Shown: positions 29,957 to 43,055 of the stretch, one piece after another
Numbering within the stretch: the stretch's first letter is position 1
Layout of the letters: the number at the start of each line of letters is the position of its first letter
NCBI RefSeq assembly: GCF_009914755.1
Contig: NC_060932.1
Source: the human T2T-CHM13v2.0 reference genome, Homo sapiens
Reading direction: 5' to 3' (one strand)
DNA: 64,000 nucleotides
Notes under the pieces: model-generated
Told to the model about the DNA's origin: nothing
The model's input: only the letters and a program-made list of their open reading frames with translations
Database searches by the model: none
Translations under genes and position numbers: made by a program

Positions 29957-30024
29957 AGAAAAGATGGGTCTAAGAGACAATGTCAAGAAATGATTCTCTG
30001 GGACTTGATGGTTAATTTTACATG

Positions 30025-30725
30025 AAGGACCACAATGGAATTCCACTACACATTTGTTAGAATGATTGCAATTAAAAAGGCTGACAATACATAGTGCTGG
30101 GGAGGAGGCAGAGTCCCTTGAACTCTCATGCACTGTAGGTGAAAGGAAAAAATGTTTCATCCACTTTGGAAAACTGTTTAGAAACTTTTTGCTAATATGA
30201 AATATATATCTACCCTATCACTCAAGGATTTCACTTCTAGAAGTTTATCCAAGAGAAATAAAAACATATGTCCCCAAAAAGGCTCATATAAGAATATACA
30301 TTGAAACTTTGCAAAAAAACTGGAAATATCCCATATGCACATCAACAGAACATGAATAACCACACTTTGGTATATGTATACACTGGAACAATTAAAAAAT
30401 CAGCAACACAAGGAATGAACTACAAATATAAGGGACAATCTCAAAAAACATTATTATTGAAGCAAAAGAAGCCAGACATTACAATGTGCATACTGTATGA
30501 TCCATTTATATGAAGTTGAAGGGCAGACGAGACCACCCTATAGGAGAGAAATAAGAACAATGATTGCCTCTGGGGAATGGGAGTTATTGACCAGAAAGGG
30601 GTGATGGAAAGGTTGTATATTTTATTTGGGTGGAGGGAATACAAGGTAAACATTTGTCAAAGCTCACTGAGCTCTACACTTAAGATCTATGCGTTTTATC
30701 GTATGCTTTAAAATAGACCTCAATA
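30025..30725 (+). mobile_element. Old L1 (L1ME-like) 3' region
   Basis: aaaaaggctgacaatac, ccactttggaaaactg, atactgtatgatccatttatatgaag, tacacttaagatct. Confidence 0.8.
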
Positions 30726-32022
30726 CTTTTTTCACACGAGAAGACATGAAAACGGGAATGTCAAAGTGACTCAAGAGCTCCAACAGACAGACCGGAAGAA
30801 GAGATTTGCCACTAATGAAACAGGGAAATCAATGGGGGTGAGGCGGTGCTCATTTTCACCTTTTATGAAACACTCTTTATATTTTGCAACATTGTTTTTG
30901 TCTTTTGCCTCCTATTAGACCACAAGCTCCCTGAAGTCCCCTTAGTACAAGGCCATGTGCAAAACAGATCCTCAGTAACTGGAAGCTGGCTTGGAATTGA
31001 GATCTGGTGGTAATTTTCCTCTTCCTTCTGGATCCTAAGATTGACAGGTTTAATAAGCAAGTATATGGATGCATTAATGAATAATGTCAGGCTAAAGTGC
31101 TACACTGGCTGAGAAGATGGCTTCATTTCTTTGGGTCTTAGAGAGATTCAATGCCTTGACCCAGAGGAATGACTAACTGGAAAAATTTTAGGCTCCACGG
31201 AAGATCAGTCACAGAGCTAGGGTGAAAAAAGGTTCCCATACCCCTCGGTTCACAGGGCTCATTCCGCCAATGAAGAGCCCACCTCAGTCTTCAAGGTACT
31301 AGCAAGGTCCTCTCATTAGAGATTTCTTCTCCCTACTCCTCTCCTCTTCTCCACCGTGCTCATCTTCCTGCCCCTGGTCCTCCATATCAACATGATCAAA
31401 TACAGGAAATCTGTCCATGCTCATTTGTACACGGGTCTTTGCCATTCCCTGGGAGACAAAAGGGGACCCTGCAGAACAGCCATGTTTACGATCCATGGTG
31501 AAGCATGTCCTGTCATCCTCTCAACATTAGGATGCACTTTGTTTGCACCTAACTAAACTGAGGAGACTCCAGAAACCCAAGGAAAGCCTCTGCCATCACC
31601 CTTGAGGAGCAAATAAACACTATGTAAATGCTGTTTCTTCCCCAGCTGGACCAGGGCTGCTGGCGCCTGCCTTTCCGGTCCTGACCTCAGCAACTTCAGA
31701 AGGATTGTGTGTTCCTGGGAAATTAGATTTATGCAAAATACCCAGTGAAGTCCTGTGCCTTCAAGGTGCCGTGATTCCCCCTGCCTCAGAAGCTGCAGAG
31801 GAGCCATCCCAGGTAGCTCTCCCTTGCAGGAATGCTGTCCCCACCCTTGTCAGCTGGTGACGAGGCTGCTCAGGTGACACAAATTCACAAAATGAAAGGC
31901 AATGCTCCTTCCTTTGCTTCTGCCCTTTTTCCATCCTCCTCCCCTGACAGGAGTGCATGTATGGAAACCCAAATCTTCAATCCCTCAAAATCCCTGCCGG
32001 TGGCAGTAGAAGTGTCTAGCAA

Positions 32023-32057
32023 CGCACACACACACACACATGCACACACACACACAC
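32023..32057. repeat. (CA)n microsatellite, interrupted
   Basis: cacacacacacacacatgcacacacacacac. Confidence 0.85.
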
Positions 32058-32604
32058 CCCTTAAGGATTCTGAGTTAATTATCGGACAAGGGGAATTACA
32101 GGCCCAGCTATTGCCTTCAGTGGGCTTTTAACATAAGCAAGACAACCCCAATTAAGGACAGAAGCTCCAGGTAAGAGGCAGTTTCTCCTCTACAAGTCTA
32201 TACATGTCCCATCAAATGTCAAAGCAAATGCTGTGTGTGCACGTGAGAGATGCACTAATTGCCAATGGGCGGTGGAGAATGTAAATTACCCTGCAGTATA
32301 ACCAAGCTTCTAAAAGAGCCCTTGATGACTATGAGCAGCCAAGTTAGGTCATGAGGGGTGAGTGGAAAAAAAAAAGGCAGGAGAGGTCACAGAAGTTTCT
32401 GTTTTGGTGTAATGAGATCAGAAGAGCAATTTCTGCAGCACCTCCTGGATCTACTTTCCAGTCTTACTACCCAAGCAACTTTAAAATAGAGAGAAAGATG
32501 TCGAGGTTAGGCTGAAGGAAGAGATTGTTAACTCTATTGAATGAAAAGTAACAAATTTGTATGTAATATGGTCTAGAAAAGGATTCCGTGTGGCCAGACC
32601 CATT

Positions 32605-32715
32605 AAGGACTAATCCCAGCTCTGAGAGCTGTGCCTGGAGCAAGACATAGATCTTTTCAGCCTCAGTTTCCACATCTGAAAATATGGAGAATAATATTTG
32701 CTTATATAGAGTCAG
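32605..32715 (+). mobile_element. MIR fragment
   Basis: aatcccagctctg...gcctcagtttccacatctgaaaatatggag. Confidence 0.7.
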
Positions 32716-33544
32716 CGTTCAGTAATGACACCTGCCACAAAAGGCTGTTTTGTAGATATCTCCCAATTAAAAAGAAAATGATGATGGTTCTCATGGCTTT
32801 TACAGCCTGAGGGGAGGTTGGGACCATGAGATGAGCAGAGGCCAAGCTGGGACCATGAGATGAGCAGAGGTCAGGCTGGACCCAGATAGGATCCAGTATT
32901 TATCAAGGTCATTGCCACACTCTGTCCGCAGGATTTACAGGCATAATTAACATATTGATTAAAACAGACAATTTTTCACTTCATTTATCCAATATCATCT
33001 TAGGTCCTTCAGAGAATATAATATTCCTTTTCACCATGATATTGTTACATTGGACAACAGCAATATTCCTTCCTATGAGCTTCCAGGCCCACACATGAAG
33101 CTCTGTGAAGAGCCACAGGGTGAGAATAGCACCCAGCCATAGATCTGTGCGTTTGCCACCTTGGACCTTAGGATAATAGCTCCCAAATCTTTTCAGTCTA
33201 TGGAGAATTTTGGCAGAGAACACAGACCACATACTACATGTCTCTCACTTGACTGGGAAGAGCTTCTGGCTTTACCCAAAATGGTCCACAGATGTTCATG
33301 AGCGACCCCTTGTCTGTTTGAAATGGGAGAAGCAGCAAGCATGGCTCTGCCTGGTCGTCCTGGAGTCTGCAGTCTGGAGGTGGAGAGCTACATGCAGTGC
33401 AATCGGACCAATGACTGACCAGGGGAAGCACCTGGCCCTATGTGAGCCCTTAGGAGGCTGTTGCACCCACCATCGGGAAGGCCAAGAAAAGCTTCCCAGG
33501 AGAAGTGGTGGGAGACAGACCCAAAAAAGGAGCAGATCTCAAGG

Positions 33545-33805
33545 TCATTGTCACTTCCTCAAGGAAGCCTGTGCTGACCACCCCTCCTAATCTAAATTCA
33601 GAGCTTCTGACACTCTCTTACAGTCCCTGTTCTTTCTCTTACTGATCATTATTGGTATTTACATATTAATAGTTCATGCTTCCTCCTCGATTAGTCTGAA
33701 ACTCTGCTAGGGCCAGGGGGGACCCTGTCTCTTTTGTTTAGCAGCACTTGGTCCAGTACCTGGCACATGCTAAGTGCTCGGTAGGTATGAATTAGATGAA
33801 TCATG
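33545..33805 (+). mobile_element. L2 3' end
   Basis: gtcacttcctcaaggaagcct...cagtacctggcacatgctaagtgctc. Confidence 0.7.
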
Positions 33806-33840
33806 ACTGAGAAAACTCTCCTGAAAGAACAGCCTGTGCA

Positions 33841-35556
<1,716 letters not shown>

Positions 35557-35574
35557 GAAAGAACAGCCTGTGCA

Positions 35575-36300
35575 AAGGACTAATGGTTGGAAGCAGGTGA
35601 TGCAGCCAGTGCAAAGAAAAATCCATTCTGGTGAAGCAGAGGTCATCTGAGGGTGAGGAGAGTGGCAAGACCGGAGGCTGGAATAGCAAGCAGTGAGCAA
35701 GCCACGCAGCACCATGGAAGCCTTGTTGAAAGGGTCTGGGTGTGATCCCAAGGATGGCGCGGACCTCAGAAGAGCTTTAAGTAGGGGAGTGAGGTGATCT
35801 GATTTGTATTACTGTTGCTACAATGTGGAAAATGCTCAGAAAGGAGAAAAAAAAAACTGGTAAAAGCATGTAGATTAAACCATGTGAAGGATTATGGAGG
35901 GCTGTTCCAGAAATGGAGGAGAATTTGGAGAAGTGGAGGTACAAAGGAAATCAGTATGAAGTGGAATCTGCATGTCTTAGGCATCCTTTGATGAGGTAGC
36001 TAAAGGGAGAAGGAGAATCAAGAACTACCCTCTGGCACGTGGTGTGAACGGTGGTGCCTTTCACTGGGGCAGAGAAGAACACAAGAGGAGGTGGAAGTGG
36101 AGGCTGTGAGAAGAGCTGTAGATGATGGGTTCAGTTCACAACCAGCTAAGTTGAAAGTTCCTATGCAGCTTCCAGTAGAAATGTCCAGTACTAATTGCTT
36201 GGACCACAGCAAAGCAGCTCATAGCAAGATCTAGACAAGGGGTAGAGAGTTTTAAAAATCCATATGAGGACAGTCATTGATGAGGGGAATACACAAAATT
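35575..36300 (-). mobile_element. L2, the target of the L1PA insertion
   Basis: cagcctgtgcaaagg, gagctttaagtaggggagtgaggtgatctgattt, aagttgaaagttcctatg...gtagaaatgtccagta. Confidence 0.7.
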
Positions 36301-36484
36301 ACCCTCAAAATTAATTAGAATAGTTAACTTTCATGAGATACCAATTATGGAAGACCTTGTGAAAATCATTATGTCAGAAACCAAAGTAAAGCCATCTATC
36401 ACCACTACTCATGCTCTACTATTCATATTTTACACACACAAGTTTATTACAACACTTACCTATATCAAAATAATTATCACACAT

Positions 36485-36620
36485 TATTTCAATTAGATCA
36501 TAAAGTCCTAGAAAATGGGAATGTACTTTTGTCCATATTTATCTCTGTATCTCCTGTGCCTCACATGGTGTCCAACATAGGGAAGGTACTCAGTCACCAT
36601 GTGCACTGCATGGAATCTGA
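36485..36620 (+). mobile_element. L2 3' end fragment
   Basis: attagatcataaagtcctag...ctgtatctcctgtgcctcacatggtg. Confidence 0.55.
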
Positions 36621-38209
36621 TTCCCGGATTAAATAACTTTCTTAATTCTTTTCCCAATTAATGAATGCACCTGACCTGTGCTTGGATGGACGTAAACCAG
36701 AGGTGGGTGTTCCCGGGTTCAGGAAATCTGGCCCATTTCATCTTGGAGCAGAAAGAAAGGCATTTGCCAATCTGCCTGAGCCACGAAAATCAGCAGGAAA
36801 TGACCTCGCCTGGGATTCCTCTTTCCTTGAGAGTTTCCTGTTCTCCTCTTACTATGCTGGATGTACACCCTCAGATCTGATATTAATATGTCACTAGAAC
36901 TTTGCATAAATGAAAGCATTTTTATTTTAAAAGCAGTTGGAGAGAAGTTGAGAAAAGTGGGTCTCTAATGCTGGGGTGTCACGCAAGATGGTCTGAGGAT
37001 GACAGGTGACCAGGATGGCACACCTCAGGTCCTCCCTATGTAGGTGGGAAAAGATGATTCTGGCAGCTAATGCAATGTGGTAGCAGGGACAAAAAAGTGA
37101 GGCATCACACATACCCTGTGTGGCCTGGGTACTCACCCCAGTTGTGGCAGTGATGAGCTGGTGATGACATCATGACCCCAGGTCATAAAGGTGCCACAGT
37201 GTCTCCATTTTAAATTCTTTGTCTCAGTGATGACAGTTGGGTTGTGACCTACCCCAGTGACTGGTATTTTTATGCACTGTGATGGTATAACTTTAAGTTC
37301 AGCAAAAACATAGAGAGAGCCTCTAGCATGTGAGGAGATGGCTGTAAAAAGTCTAGCAAATTATATTTCCCAAAACCTGAACTATATGTCATAACATTTC
37401 AAAAATTGAAAATGTACTGAAGCTGATTTGGATATAAAATTCCAATATTTATGAGGTACGAAGTTCCTAAAAATATAAAATTCAGAAAGCTTTTATTGAA
37501 ATGCTTACTGAAATTCTTCCTCTATTTAGGAAGTCAGCTTTTTAAATAAAAGGGTGACATTGCACACAGCCCAGAATTTTACTCAATGAATTCTGTGCAA
37601 GGTCAAGCAAAAATGTGAAATTAAATCTTACTGGCAAATTTTGATGCAAGATTCCCTTTAAACGTACGCTTTTTGCACGGACATATCTCAGCAAAAGTGA
37701 GGGCTGAAAGAATCAACCTTTTGCTGCATTCACACATTCTCAACGGCTTGTAGCAAGAGTGACAAATGCCACTTATTCTCTCGCTTCGGAGTATCACACA
37801 ATGTTTTGCCTTACAAAGTCCAAGACAAAAAGGAAGACATGAAAGCAAAATACAAGGTGCAAATACAAGCCACGACTGATATCCCTCTGAAAATGTCACC
37901 TTCCAGAAAAAATAAATCTTCCCCGAATTCGGCCTGCATCACCACTGCAGCCTGTGCTAGGCCGTGCAGATCTGGGCCATGGAGAGGAGTTGGAAATGAC
38001 CAATGGCAGAGGGATCTTCCAGGCAGGATGTGGCTTCAGCCTCTGGGAAACCCTATGAGTGAGCCCAGGCCTCTCTGCTCCCGAACCCTCAGAGGATGGA
38101 CAATGACCATCAACATCCATCTGCCATCTGTGCCATGCTGCACAGCCAGCTGGGGGATTGAAATACACGGTCTGCTCTCCCCAGCAACCGTGGTGGGAGG
38201 GATTATGCC

Positions 38210-38350
38210 TTTTATATTCTACTGGCACTCAGAAGAAAACTGGAATTTAGAATGTTGGTTACCTGCAATCACACAGCCTCAGTTTCTAAAGCTGGGACTC
38301 GAACCCGGACTTTTAGACTCCGTCTTCTGCTGTTTTCACTGTACTACGCA
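38210..38350 (-). mobile_element. MIR fragment
   Basis: gaagaaaactgg...gctgggactcgaacccggacttttagactcc. Confidence 0.6.
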
Positions 38351-39354
38351 GAATGTGGAGAAGTTTGGGCCCTAAGGGACATTCTTTCTTCCCCCCGCCA
38401 TTTGCTAAACAGCAATCTGATCGTCCCAACCAATTTTTAGATTTTAGAAGGCCAAACCAACTAACTTTCCAGCTGCTCAAAAGAAAAGAGAGCTACGATG
38501 CAAGCGACTGGATTCGACAAAGCCTCGGCCCCAGGAGTGCCCTCTGTGTGCCAAGTGCCAAACAAGCTTAGTGCTTCTGAATGTCTCCTGGCTGAAAGCA
38601 GGGATCAACAATTCTGTTTAACAGCCTTCCTAGAACAAGGCATTCCGAAAATACACTATCACCAACCCTGACCTTCAAGGGCCCCTAGAAAGAAAGTGAT
38701 TCCTTAAAGTTCTTTCACTTGAATTTGTATCTATCACTAAACCAGGGATGATGGCTGCAGCTGCACTCCTTTGCTTTAGTTCTATATCTTGTCTTTCTGG
38801 TTTTAAGAATTGGTGGGCACAAGAGGACTTAGGGCTATGGGCACAAGGGTTCTGCACACAATGCTGGTGCCCCAGGGCTGGCACTGGGACGCCCCAAATG
38901 CCACATTGTGAGCAGAAACATTTCCGCTAATAGCTGGTGAATGTGCGTTCTGAGCCCACTGGCACCCCAGGCACGTTTCCAACAAACAATGTGGCACACA
39001 TAGGAATTCATCCGAACCAAGCAAAAATCACTTAGCTTAATAACGCTGCCCTGATTTAATTTTAACTTTTCATAAAGCATGAAAGATGAGTGGGGTGTGC
39101 TTGGTGTTTTATAGATTACTGATGAGACTGGGCTCACATCTGGCTGTTTTATCTTTTTTTCCCCCTAAGTTCCTAAAAGAAGAGGGTTAGGAAAGGAAGT
39201 TGATGAATAATTAAGAGGAGGGCAACACCTGCAAAATGTGCAACCAAATGCAAGAGGGAGTTTTTGCTTCTCTCTGGTGTGTAAATAGCTGGCAAGCACC
39301 CGGGGAGTCCTCGAGTAAGAAATTCAGTGCTGTGTATGTGGATATCCAACAGGA

Positions 39355-39440
39355 TACACATATAAACATGCATACACACACATGCATATGCATGCATGCA
39401 TGCAACATGTGAACATATTTATACACATACATATGGCATA
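39355..39440. repeat. (CA)/(CATG) alternating purine-pyrimidine low-complexity tract
   Basis: catgcatatgcatgcatgcatgca etc. Confidence 0.7.
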
Positions 39441-39718
39441 CAAATCCCCCTAATCTACATTTAGACAGCACTCGGAGGGCACAGTGAGCTCAATGGCTAG
39501 CCACAGAATGACTAAGATCTGCAAGAGCTAGACTGGTATAGATGCTCTAACTAAGTCATCCTTAACTCTTCTCTTTCTTCTTCTCTAACTTCAAAATGTA
39601 TCCATCTCTTTTCACCATCTCTACAGCCTCCACCATTGGAAGGCAACATCGCCTCTAGCCGATGTTATTGCAATGGATTTCCCCCTAGACCTTCTGCACC
39701 TGCATCTTACCCCTTAGG

Positions 39719-39931
39719 CAGGGGTGTGCAATCTTTTGGCTTTCTTGGGCCACATTGGAAGAATTGTCTTGGGGCACACAAAAAATACACTAACACTAAT
39801 GGTAGCTGATGAGCTAAAAGAAATATATATATATCATAATATTCTAAGAAAGTTTAAGCATTTGTGTTGGGCCACATTCTAAGCCATCCTGGGCCACGTG
39901 CAGCTGGTGGGTTGCAGGTTGGACAAGCTTG
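39719..39931 (+). mobile_element. MER30 (hAT-Charlie MITE)
   Basis: caggggtgtgcaatcttttggc...gggccacattggaagaattgtc...ggttggacaagcttg. Confidence 0.9.
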
Positions 39932-40411
39932 CCGTAGCGTCTGTTTTCAAAGTGATCCTGGTGAACATAAGTCAGATTATGATTCCTTTGCTCAGGCCTC
40001 CCCAGTGGCTTCTCAGTTTTCTCAGAGTAAAAGCCAAAATCCTTGGAGTAGCTGCAGGGTCCTGCATGATCTGCACCCTCCACCCTCTGCCTCTTCGTCC
40101 AAACCATTAACTCTCTGTCCTCATTCCTCCACTCCAGCCATACCAGCCTCCTTGCTGCCTCTCACATACAGCAGCACAGTCTGCCTTGAGGCCACTGGAT
40201 TTGGCATTTCCTGTCCCTGGAAGTCTCCTTCTCAGATGTTCACACAGCTCAATCTCTTTCACTTCCTTTGAGTCTTTGTTCAGTTGCCACCTAACCACCA
40301 TCTGTAGGATTCCATTCCTCTTCTGCAAACCTTTCCCCAGACTTCCCAATCCCTCTTCTTACTCTGTTATTTTCCCACTCTGCATTTATTATCTTATAAA
40401 ATACTATAGAA

Positions 40412-40508
40412 TGCAGTAAACCACCATGGCACACATTTGCTTATGTAACAAACCTGCATGGCCTGCACATGTATCCCAGAACCTAAAATAAAATATAAAA
40501 AAAAAAAA
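40412..40508 (+). mobile_element. Extreme 3' tip of an older L1PA
   Basis: aaaccaccatggcacac...gtaacaaacctgca...cacatgtatcccagaacctaaaataaaa plus A tail. Confidence 0.85.
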
Positions 40509-41379
40509 TTAAAGGATTTGCCTAATTATTTTTCTGGTTGTCTCCACTTAGCAGACTGTAAGTTCCATGATGGCAAGGATTTCTGTCCTTAACTGTACCC
40601 CAGAGGCAAGAATATATTAGCACAAATATATTAACAAATACATTATGGACATATATATGATATATAAATAACACATATCCATAATATATTTGTTGAGTGC
40701 AGAATGAACAAATGTTTTGCTCTGGTTTGCAAGTGTATTTACATGGAAAAAAAGCCATTTAGGTTTCCATTTATAAATCTCCTGTATTCAAAATAATAAA
40801 ATTAGACAAAATCAAGAGGACCACAGGATATCAGGAGACAGAGTGCTGTGCGGGCCACAGCAGCTTGGAAACCTACATTATATAAGGAAAACAAGCCATT
40901 CTCCTCTGTGCCTGCAGCTCCTTGCAGCTCCAGGACTCTGCCTGCAGGAGCAGCTAAGCCCTGCTACAGAACCACAGGGGAGGAAGTAAACCTGGCACCC
41001 CACCTATGTCTGTACTGTCTGAGGGCTTATCCCAGCAGTTTCTCAGGATACAACATCTCACTACCCTAGGACCAGGGTCAAGAAAGTCCACCCACCACAG
41101 ACTGCACTTGGGCACCAAGGAGGGCTCAGTGGCAGCCAATACAAGTAAACAATAGGAAAGAAAATGAGTGGGTTGGAATTATTAAGGCAGAAGAGGGTCC
41201 AAGGTCACCTGACCTGTCTACTCTCTTCTCCCATCTTCAAGCAAAGATTATCACAAATCCCCCCTGTTCCTAAAGCTGACTGGGTGATCTCTAATGCTGC
41301 ATTCTTGCCTTAACAGGCTTTTGAGAAGTGCCTGCCCGTGCCTCTCCACTGCCTGGCTGCCACCAAAAGCAGGCACACC

Positions 41380-41910
41380 AGCCAGCCTCCCTGACTTCAA
41401 CTCCACTTGTCTAGTTCATACTGCACACCCCCGCCAGAGGATTCACAATCTTTAAACACCATCACTGCATGTGGTGTCCCTATTTTAAAATCGGCAGTAT
41501 TGCCCATTATACCAAACTGCAGTGCCCCTTCCTGATCTCACAGTCCTGCAGGGATGGGCTGCATTTTCTCTACCTGTCCAACCCTGTTTGCTATGAATCC
41601 CCCAACCTGAGCCCACTGGTTTAGACACTGTTCTTCATTCCCTCACATTTCCCATGTCTGGGCTTGTTTTCTCTTCTATTCACTTATGTTTGTATTACTC
41701 CCTTTACCTGGAAAGCCCACCCTTTAGACATATAAATATGAGCCATGCTTCTAGAAGATCCAGACAACCTTCATCTTCATCAAGAAACTCTACTTATCTT
41801 ATGAAACTTTACACCACCTCGAGTCTGCATAACACCACTGTCTTATAGAATATTAGTTGAGATCCCCAGTGAACATTTACCAATTGGCTGGTGTCTATTT
41901 CCCTTACACT
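41380..41910 (+). mobile_element. Diverged L2 fragment
   Basis: ccagcctccctgacttc...tgcacacccccgccagag...tttacctggaaagccc. Confidence 0.5.
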
Positions 41911-41959
41911 GATATCTAAGGGGATTTTTGTTTTGTTTTGTTTTTGTTTTTTGCCCACA

Positions 41960-42140
41960 AGAAAGGAACATAATGCTGGGCTTTGGTGTCGGACAGATCT
42001 AGACTAAAACCTCCAGCCTGCCAGGCACTATGGCTGGATTTGGCTAACACATGTAATTTCTCTCAGTCTCAACTGCATTATCTAGAAAAGAAGAATAAGA
42101 ATATCTACATCACAAGATTATTAGAAGAACAAAAGGAGAA
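41960..42140 (+). mobile_element. MIR
   Basis: tgggctttggtgtcggacagatct...tttctctcagtctcaac...aatatctacatcacaagattatt. Confidence 0.6.
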
Positions 42141-42514
42141 AAGGAGATAATCTTGAAGCTCTATTAGGGCAGGGATTTTACCACGTCCACCTGAGTGCCC
42201 AGGACAGTAACTGACACTTAGTCCTTCACAATCACGAGAAAATGTGAGTGAATCATGTGCATACAATTCCTCGAACAATACCCAGTGTTATATCCTCAAA
42301 AAGCAGCTATTCCTGACGTCTTATTCTTAGGCAACTGAAGAACGATGCATGACCACTCAGTGAAGAGTTCCACACACCTGAGCACCATTAGCAGGGCACC
42401 GATCTGCCTTCTCTCCTCCTGGCTGAGACAGCATGGACTTCTGGGTTCTTTCTTACTGTGCTTGTCCCCTGATCTTTTCTTTACCATCCTTAGGCATGTT
42501 TCCAATTTTCCACA

Positions 42515-43055
42515 TGTTGGGGCTCAGGACACACCACCCCAAAATATGATAGCAGGAGACCAGAATATGCCACCCCAAAATACACTTCTATAGCATATTT
42601 TGGGCTGGTTATTCTAGGAAACTGCAGACACAGGAGTAGCTCTGAAAAGATGTCCTTTTGTAAAATAAATGTACACCTATAAAGGAAATCTGATGAGTGA
42701 ATGTATCTGTACCAGGAAAAGGGCTGCTCCAGACAACTTTTATTCCCTAAGAGACTTTTTACCTGCACAGCAAGACAGCCTTTGTTCATCATGCATTTCC
42801 TCCCCTCGCCCTCCAGTGGCTGGTTGTGGCCTCCCCTGGAGGCTCTGGCCCCTCTTCCTTTCTGTAGCCCAGGACTCTGTATCAGCTTCAATCATCTGAC
42901 CCTTCCTCAAGTCTCATATTTGGTGGGACTCCCATGTGTATGCATGTAATTAAAATGTTTTTTCTCCTGTTAATCTGTCTTACGTCAGTTTAATTTGTAG
43001 CCCAACTAAAGAACCTGGGAGGGCAGAGAGAAGCCATTTTTCCCTCCCCTATACA
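42515..43055 (+). mobile_element. ERV1 solo LTR (MER34-family-like)
   Basis: TG...CA termini, 4-bp TSD caca (42511-42514 / 43056-43059); tgttggggctcagg, caccccaaaatatg, ttctcctgttaatctgtc. Confidence 0.85.

Larger units (their letters stand above)
39570..40710 (+). mobile_element. L2 3' region, interrupted by MER30 and a short L1PA tail
   Basis: ctcagagtaaaagccaaaatcc, cactccagccataccagcctcc, gactgtaagttccatgatggcaagg, aatatatttgttgagtg. Confidence 0.75.
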
